A DNA stretch of 55,894 nt. Source: Gammaproteobacteria bacterium. GTDB lineage: Bacteria; Pseudomonadota; Gammaproteobacteria; SZUA-229. Below are positions 50,097-55,894 of the stretch, piece after piece. The position numbers and the translations under genes are program-made. Under the pieces are notes generated by a model, which was not told the DNA's origin, did not search any database, and worked only from the letters and a program-made list of their open reading frames with translations. Positions within the stretch are counted from its first letter, which is position 1. Each line of letters opens with the position of its first letter. The DNA lies in NCBI GenBank assembly GCA_024277705.1, contig JAJRUQ010000013.1, forward strand, positions 1 to 55,894. The letters are read 5' to 3'.

Positions 50097-52940
50097 TCAG
50101 GCAAACTGTCGCTGTTCACCATCACCGGCGACATTATCCACGCAACGTCCGCATAATTCAGGATGTTCGGCATTGTTGCCGACATCCTCACGGTGATGCC
50201 AGCAGCGAATACATTTTGTGTGATCGGAGGCCCGGACTTTTATTTTTATGCTCTGACCGCTGCTGTCCAGTAGTGCTTCTGTACAGGAAGCTTCGGCCTG
50301 GTCAAGTTTTTCAACCGAGGCAGTAGAGGTTATCAGCACAAAACGTAATTCTTCACCCAGTGAATCAAGCATGGGCTGTAATTTTTCATCAACATAAAGC
50401 GTGACTTCAGCATCCAGTGAGGAACCGATGGTTTTGTCGGCGCGTAATGTTTCCAGTTCCTTGCTTACCGCAGAGCGTATTTCAAGAATGGTTTGCCAGA
50501 AGGCCATGTCCATGCTGTCATTGCTGTCTAGTGTGCACAGTGGTTGGTACCAGTTTTCCAGTAACACGGAATCACTGTGTTTGCCCGGCAATGCCTGCCA
50601 GATTTCATCAGCGGTAAAACTTAAGATGGGGGCAATCCAGCGGCAAAGTGCTTCGGAAATATGGTATAGCGCGGTTTGTGCAGAACGCCGGGCCACACTG
50701 TTACTCTGCGTGGTGTATTGACGGTCTTTAATGATGTCGAGATAAAAACCACCCAGATCGACAGTGCAGAAATGCTGCAGCTTGTGATGGATTAAATGAA
50801 AATTAAAATCTTTGTAGGCATCGATAATTTCATTTTGCAGTTCCAGGCTTTTGGCAATAGCCCAGCGATCCAGTGAAAGTAACTCATCATTGTTTAACAG
50901 ATCGTTTTCGGGATTAAAGCCATTTAAATTGGCCAGCAGAAATCGCGTGGTATTTCTGATGCGGCGATAAGCGTCGGCACTGCGTTTCAGGATTTCATCC
51001 GAAACCGTCATTTCATTGCTGTAATCGCTGCTGGCTACCCATAAACGTAAAATATCTGCGCCTAAAGTACCCACAATTTTTTGCGGTGCAATAACGTTGC
51101 CCAATGACTTGGACATTTTTTTACCCTTGGCATCAACCGTGAAACCGTGAGTTAATACTTTTTTATAGGGGGCAACGCCGTTCATTGCCGTTGAGGTCAG
51201 CAGTGACGACTGAAACCAGCCGCGGTGCTGGTCCGAGCCTTCCAGGTATAAATCAGCAGGAAACGGCAGCTTGCTGCGATGCCCGAGAACACAGGCATGA
51301 GTAACGCCGGAATCAAACCAGACATCAAGGGTATCGGTGGTTTTTTCATATTGCCCGGCGTCATCGCCAAGCAGTTCACTGGCCTCCAGTGAAAACCAGG
51401 CTTCAATACCCTGCTGCTCTATTTTCTGTGCAACCTGTTCGATTAAATTCCGGGTATCCGGATGCAGTTCACCGCTTTCTTTATGTACGAACAGGGTAAT
51501 CGGAACTCCCCAGGTGCGTTGTCTTGAAATACACCAGTCGGGTCGATTGTTAACCATGCCTTCAATGCGGGCACGCCCCCAGTCGGGTAACCACTGCGTT
51601 TCAGCAATGGCCTTATTGGCCAGTTCGCGCAAATTGGCCTGTTCCATGCTGATGAACCACTGCGGGGTGGCGCGGAAGATAATGGGGGTTTTATGGCGCC
51701 AGCAGCAGGGATAACTGTGCTGCATTTTTTCATGCTTGATTAGAACATGGTTTTCCTGCATCAATTCAATAATCTCGGGATTAACCTTGTTGACATGTTT
51801 GCCGGCAAATAATTCGGTGTCCGGTAGAAACACACCATTCCCGGCCACCGGATTATAGACCTCAAGCTGATAGCGGTTACCAACAATAAAGTCGTCCTGA
51901 CCATGACCGGGAGCGGTGTGTACCGCGCCGGTACCGGCTTCTGTAGTAACGTGATCGCCGAGAATGACCGGTACCTGTTTGTCGTAAAACGGGTGTTTAA
52001 CCCGCAGGTTTTCCAGTGCCTGGCCCTGACAGCTGGCCAGCAGTGTTGAATTTTCGAAACCGTAACGTTCTAATGCAGCTCCAGCCAGGGACTGTTCAAG
52101 GATTAAGCGGGCCATACCATGATCGGTTTTAACCTGCCATAGCTGATAAGTAAAATCCGGGTGCAGGGCGACGGCCTGATTGGCGGGTAATGTCCACGGC
52201 GTGGTGGTCCAGATAACAGCGGCGATATCGCCTTCACCTTTACTGTCTGCGTCGCTGAGCGAGAATGCCTGTTCAAAATCGGCATTGTTGCTGGCGAAGA
52301 ACATCACATCAATGGCGGGCGATTCCTTGTCCTGGTATTCAACTTCTGCTTCAGCCAGCGCCGAACCGCAGTCCAGGCACCAGTGTACCGGCTTACTGCC
52401 CTGATGCAGGTGACCTTTATCGATAATTTTACCCAGCGAACGCACGATATTGGCTTCAAACGTATAATCCATGGTGAGATAAGGGTTATCCCAGTCGCCT
52501 AATACCCCCAGACGGATAAAATCTTTGCGCTGGCCATCCACTTGTCTGGCGGCATATTCACGGCATTTTTCACGAAAAGTTTTGGCATCAATTTTATTGC
52601 CGGCCTTGCCGACCTTTTTTTCAACCATTAACTCAATCGGTAAACCGTGACAGTCCCAGCCGGGCACATAACGGGCATCAAAACCGTCGATGGTATGGCT
52701 TTTAACAATAATGTCTTTTAATATTTTGTTCACCGCATGACCGATATGAATGTCGCCATTGGCGTAGGGCGGGCCATCGTGCAGGACAAAAGTGGGTCGG
52801 CCGTTACAGGCTTCACGGATTTTCTGATAAAGACCTGATTGCTGCCATTGCTTCAGCATTTCCGGTTCACGATTGGCTAAATTGCCCCGCATTGGAAAAT
52901 CAGTAGCCGGTAAATTGAGAGTTGCTTTGTAATCAGTCAT
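50097..52940 (-). CDS. ileS: Isoleucine--tRNA ligase
   Basis: HIGH, WTTTPWT, KMSKS, C-terminal CIRC/CGRC zinc finger. Confidence 0.98.
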   Translation of the reverse strand: MTDYKATLNLPATDFPMRGNLANREPEMLKQWQQSGLYQKIREACNGRPTFVLHDGPPYANGDIHIGHAVNKILKDIIVKSHTIDGFDARYVPGWDCHGLPIELMVEKKVGKAGNKIDAKTFREKCREYAARQVDGQRKDFIRLGVLGDWDNPYLTMDYTFEANIVRSLGKIIDKGHLHQGSKPVHWCLDCGSALAEAEVEYQDKESPAIDVMFFASNNADFEQAFSLSDADSKGEGDIAAVIWTTTPWTLPANQAVALHPDFTYQLWQVKTDHGMARLILEQSLAGAALERYGFENSTLLASCQGQALENLRVKHPFYDKQVPVILGDHVTTEAGTGAVHTAPGHGQDDFIVGNRYQLEVYNPVAGNGVFLPDTELFAGKHVNKVNPEIIELMQENHVLIKHEKMQHSYPCCWRHKTPIIFRATPQWFISMEQANLRELANKAIAETQWLPDWGRARIEGMVNNRPDWCISRQRTWGVPITLFVHKESGELHPDTRNLIEQVAQKIEQQGIEAWFSLEASELLGDDAGQYEKTTDTLDVWFDSGVTHACVLGHRSKLPFPADLYLEGSDQHRGWFQSSLLTSTAMNGVAPYKKVLTHGFTVDAKGKKMSKSLGNVIAPQKIVGTLGADILRLWVASSDYSNEMTVSDEILKRSADAYRRIRNTTRFLLANLNGFNPENDLLNNDELLSLDRWAIAKSLELQNEIIDAYKDFNFHLIHHKLQHFCTVDLGGFYLDIIKDRQYTTQSNSVARRSAQTALYHISEALCRWIAPILSFTADEIWQALPGKHSDSVLLENWYQPLCTLDSNDSMDMAFWQTILEIRSAVSKELETLRADKTIGSSLDAEVTLYVDEKLQPMLDSLGEELRFVLITSTASVEKLDQAEASCTEALLDSSGQSIKIKVRASDHTKCIRCWHHREDVGNNAEHPELCGRCVDNVAGDGEQRQFA

Positions 52941-53881
52941 TGTTTTACTTTCAGGTGATCGATGGCGATCTGGTAGTCGAGTTTAATTTGTTGTTTTAAA
53001 TCATCAAAGGATTGAAATTTTATTTCATCACGAATTTTATGCTGGAATGATACGCATATCTGTTCACCGTAAATGGATTGGTCAAAATTAAATAAATGAA
53101 CTTCCAGTTGCACGTGTTTTCCATTCACTGTTGGTCTGCGACCAACGTTGGCTATGCCGGCAATATCGCCAAACCTGCGACTGTGCATGGTAACAGAATA
53201 TACACCATGAAGTGGCGTTTCCGGGCGTCGCAGATGGATGTTTGCAGTTGGAAAGCCAATGGTGCGGCCACGTTTTGCGCCATGATTAACATGGCCGCAG
53301 ATGGTGTAGGCCCGCCCCAGCATTTTATCTGCATGCAGCAGGTGGTCGCTTGCTAATGCTTCACGAATCAGGGTGCTGCTGACACGCTGATGGTCGACGT
53401 GGTGTGACTCGATACTGATGACCGAAAACTGATATTTGTCACCATAGTCCTGCAGCATCGCATAACTGCCCTGGCGGTCACAGCCAAAACGAAAGTCGTC
53501 ACCGACAATAACGGCCTGTATTGCCAGTTTATCAATGAGTATTTTTTCGATAAATTCGCTGGCTTTCATGCTGGCTAAAGCCTGATTGAACCTTGCAAAT
53601 AACAGGTAGTCGGGACATATGTCGGCAGGAAAATCATTGAGTGCACGCATTTTCTCGCATCGGTTCATGAGTCGTGCGGTTGGCTTGCTGGTGTTGAAAT
53701 GCTCCTGCGGCAGAGGTTCAAAGGTCATTAAACAGCTGTGCGTGTTGCGTTTTTTTGCCTCTTTTTTCAGCTGTGCAAAAATTCTCTGGTGACCGAGGTG
53801 CAGACCATCGAAATTACCGATGGTGAGTATGCCATTTTGATGAATGGCTTGGCAGTTATGCAGACCGCGGATGATGTTCAT
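52937..53881 (-). CDS. ribF: Bifunctional riboflavin kinase/FAD synthetase
   Basis: [29 protein letters not shown]. Confidence 0.97.
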   Translation of the reverse strand: MNIIRGLHNCQAIHQNGILTIGNFDGLHLGHQRIFAQLKKEAKKRNTHSCLMTFEPLPQEHFNTSKPTARLMNRCEKMRALNDFPADICPDYLLFARFNQALASMKASEFIEKILIDKLAIQAVIVGDDFRFGCDRQGSYAMLQDYGDKYQFSVISIESHHVDHQRVSSTLIREALASDHLLHADKMLGRAYTICGHVNHGAKRGRTIGFPTANIHLRRPETPLHGVYSVTMHSRRFGDIAGIANVGRRPTVNGKHVQLEVHLFNFDQSIYGEQICVSFQHKIRDEIKFQSFDDLKQQIKLDYQIAIDHLKVKQ

Positions 53882-53946
53882 GACAAATTGAGAAAATTAA
53901 CCTATATACAGGGCGCATATCCTACCAGTTTCTGCGGTTGTATGGA

Positions 53947-55518
53947 TTAAGATTGTTTTTTCAGTTGCTGTGGCCGTAAACCCTGTAGCCAGAGCATTAG
54001 AAAATAAACAAAAACAGCTGCACCGATAATGCCGGCAAGATTTAACAGGCGCTCCGCGAGGTGCCACTGTGTCCAGAAAATAGCGTCAGGCGTTACACTG
54101 ATAACCACGGCGGCCATGGCGATGGAGGCAATAATAATGCGGAACAGCCAGGCTTGCCAGCCCTGTTGAGGGTGAAATACATTGTTGTTGCGCAAGCCGT
54201 TGTACAGTAAAAAAGCATTGATATAGCCGGAAATACTGGTCGCCAGTGCCAGCCCGATATGCGGTGCTTCATAATCAAACCAGACCAGCGGCACCACAAA
54301 CAATATGTTCAAAACCATGTTGCATACCATGGCAATGATGCCAATACGAACCGGGGTGCGGGTATCCTGCCGGGCATAATATCCCGGAGCCAGTATCTTA
54401 ATAGAAATAAGCGCTGGCAGCCCCAGCATATAGGCCATCAGGCTTAAACTGGCATAATAGGTATCATTAGCGGTAAATTTCCCGTATTCAAACAGAGAGG
54501 CAAGTATTGGCGAGGCCAGTAAAAACAAACCAATGCCGGCAGGAATGGTAATCAGGCTGACCAGTCGCAAAGCCCAGTTCAGGGTCTGGTTAAATTGCTC
54601 CGGTGACTGGCGTGAATGTTGCTGTGACAGTGTTGGCAGAATTACCGTGGCAATGGCGATGCCTAAAACACCGAGGGGAAATTCCAGCAGCCGGTCTGAA
54701 TAATATAACCAGGTAACGCTGCCAGTGACTAAGAATGAGGCGATCACTGTGTCCAGCAACAAGTTGATTTGCGCGACCGATGAACCAAAAATAGCCGGCA
54801 GCATTAATTTCGTGATTTTTTTAATGCCGGCATGGTCACGCTTTATTCTGGGTGTCGGCATCAGGCCCAGTTTAATTAACGATGGAAATTGAATGAGCAA
54901 CTGGGCAACCCCGGCGATTGCCACTCCCCAGGCGAGGGCCATCAACGGTTCGTCAAAATAAGGTGCCAGAAAAAAAGCCGAAGAGATCATACTGATGTTT
55001 AGCAATACCGGGGTAAATGCCGGTACCGCAAACTGATGGAAGCTGTTGAGAATGCCGCCGGCAAAGGCCACCAGCGCGATAAAAAAGATATATGGAAAAG
55101 TAATGCGCAATAACTCGGCGGTAAGCTGTATCTGGCCTTCATTGCTGGCGAAACCGGGCGCAAATAAATACACCAGTGCCGGTGCAAACAGCATCCCCAG
55201 CAATGACAGCAGCAGTAAAAAACCACCCAGGGTGCCGGCGACATGGTTAACCAGATCTTTGAGTGCGGCGCGGTCATGTTTTTCCTTGTATTCAGAAAAC
55301 ACCGGCACAAAAGCCAGCGAAAAAGCGCCTTCACCAAACAGGCGGCGCATGAAATTAGGTATTTTAAAGGCAACAAGAAAAGCGTCAGTACCGCCAGAAG
55401 CGCCAAAAATAGTGGCCAGGGTAATATCGCGTAACAGACCGAATACCCGTGACAGCAGCGTCATACCGCCTACGGTAAAGGTGGATCGCAGTAATTTAGT
55501 GCTCAGAACCGTCTCCAT
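53947..55518 (-). CDS. murJ: Lipid II flippase MurJ
   Basis: SRVFGLLRD, PNFMRRLFGEGAFS, DRLLEFPLG; start uncertain (ATG 55518 or CTG 55506). Confidence 0.96.
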   Translation of the reverse strand: METVLSTKLLRSTFTVGGMTLLSRVFGLLRDITLATIFGASGGTDAFLVAFKIPNFMRRLFGEGAFSLAFVPVFSEYKEKHDRAALKDLVNHVAGTLGGFLLLLSLLGMLFAPALVYLFAPGFASNEGQIQLTAELLRITFPYIFFIALVAFAGGILNSFHQFAVPAFTPVLLNISMISSAFFLAPYFDEPLMALAWGVAIAGVAQLLIQFPSLIKLGLMPTPRIKRDHAGIKKITKLMLPAIFGSSVAQINLLLDTVIASFLVTGSVTWLYYSDRLLEFPLGVLGIAIATVILPTLSQQHSRQSPEQFNQTLNWALRLVSLITIPAGIGLFLLASPILASLFEYGKFTANDTYYASLSLMAYMLGLPALISIKILAPGYYARQDTRTPVRIGIIAMVCNMVLNILFVVPLVWFDYEAPHIGLALATSISGYINAFLLYNGLRNNNVFHPQQGWQAWLFRIIIASIAMAAVVISVTPDAIFWTQWHLAERLLNLAGIIGAAVFVYFLMLWLQGLRPQQLKKQS

Positions 55519-55593
55519 GATAAGTTGCAGGCGTGATTGTACCTGTTGCGTGTGAATTACTAAAGTATGTCTATTGCTCGTGGATGTCTGCTG

Positions 55594-55640
55594 TTGAGCC
55601 AAAGGAGAAATTGTAAGTTACAAGTTGTAGGTTTAAAAAC
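55594..55640. repeat. Family C half element
   Basis: TTGAGCCAAAGGAGAAATTGTAAGTTACAAGTTGTAGGTTTAAAAAC resembles the reverse complement of the 7709-7769 arm. Confidence 0.75.
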
Positions 55641-55645
55641 TTTAA

Positions 55646-55887
55646 AAACAATAGTCCGCGAATTAGGGCAGGACGCCCGTAAATAGAATAACGCAGGAGC
55701 AGTTATCGAGAACGCAAAAAACGCAAAAAAACCACAAATAATCCAGGTTTTTTAGGGCAAGCAGTACTCGCCGTTGCTTAAGTATATAAGCTTTGTTCTG
55801 CCGGGCAATGCCCGACCAGTGTTTCTACCATTAATTATTGTTTTGTTTTTTTCGCGTCTTTTGCGTTTTTCGCGGACTAACGCTTTT
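55646..55887. repeat. Family A element, full copy, left arm carrying the 47-bp GGA-hairpin module (55662-55708)
   Basis: Colinear with 2559-2736 including 49 identical nt; CCGCGA|47-bp insert|AGAACGC. Confidence 0.92.
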
Positions 55888-55894
55888 TAGCTGC

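Overview
A mostly core-genome window (~45% GC by eye) from a gammaproteobacterium. Phosphoribulokinase, rhodanese and several conserved hypotheticals are compatible with a marine chemolithoautotroph, but that is inference. In order it carries glnK-amtB, a DUF1631-like gene, a REC-GGDEF(degenerate) regulator, rhodanese, msrB, arsR-arsM, DUF465 and Nudix genes, an S9 peptidase, a GGDEF-EAL sensor, a secreted metzincin and its partner gene, def, an orphan antitoxin-like gene, djlA and a Lon-N protein. These are followed by an Irr/PerR-like regulator, the rubrerythrin/Fe-S/DUF3501 cluster, a disulfide oxidoreductase, glyQ-glyS-gmhB-plsC, tatD, prk, thiS-thiG-trmB, mscS, thiO, tRNA-Thr(CGT), ppa, a minor-pilin cluster (fimT-pilVWX-orf-pilY1-pilE) and murJ-ribF-ileS-lspA-fkpB-ispH. 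No transposase, integrase, prophage, rRNA or CRISPR array is visible. The most unusual signals are: (1) intergenic mosaics built from several nested palindromic repeat families, some carrying hairpins that match the CsrA/RsmA-binding consensus CANGGANG, including a perfect 52-bp tandem array at the window start; (2) a single in-frame TAG in the essential glyS gene; (3) an Asp-rich insertion containing a 7x12-bp tandem repeat in PilY1; (4) twin ICE-like operators upstream of rubrerythrin near an Irr-like regulator; (5) a ThiS whose Gly-Gly terminus is masked by an extension. All calls were made by eye, with no database searches.
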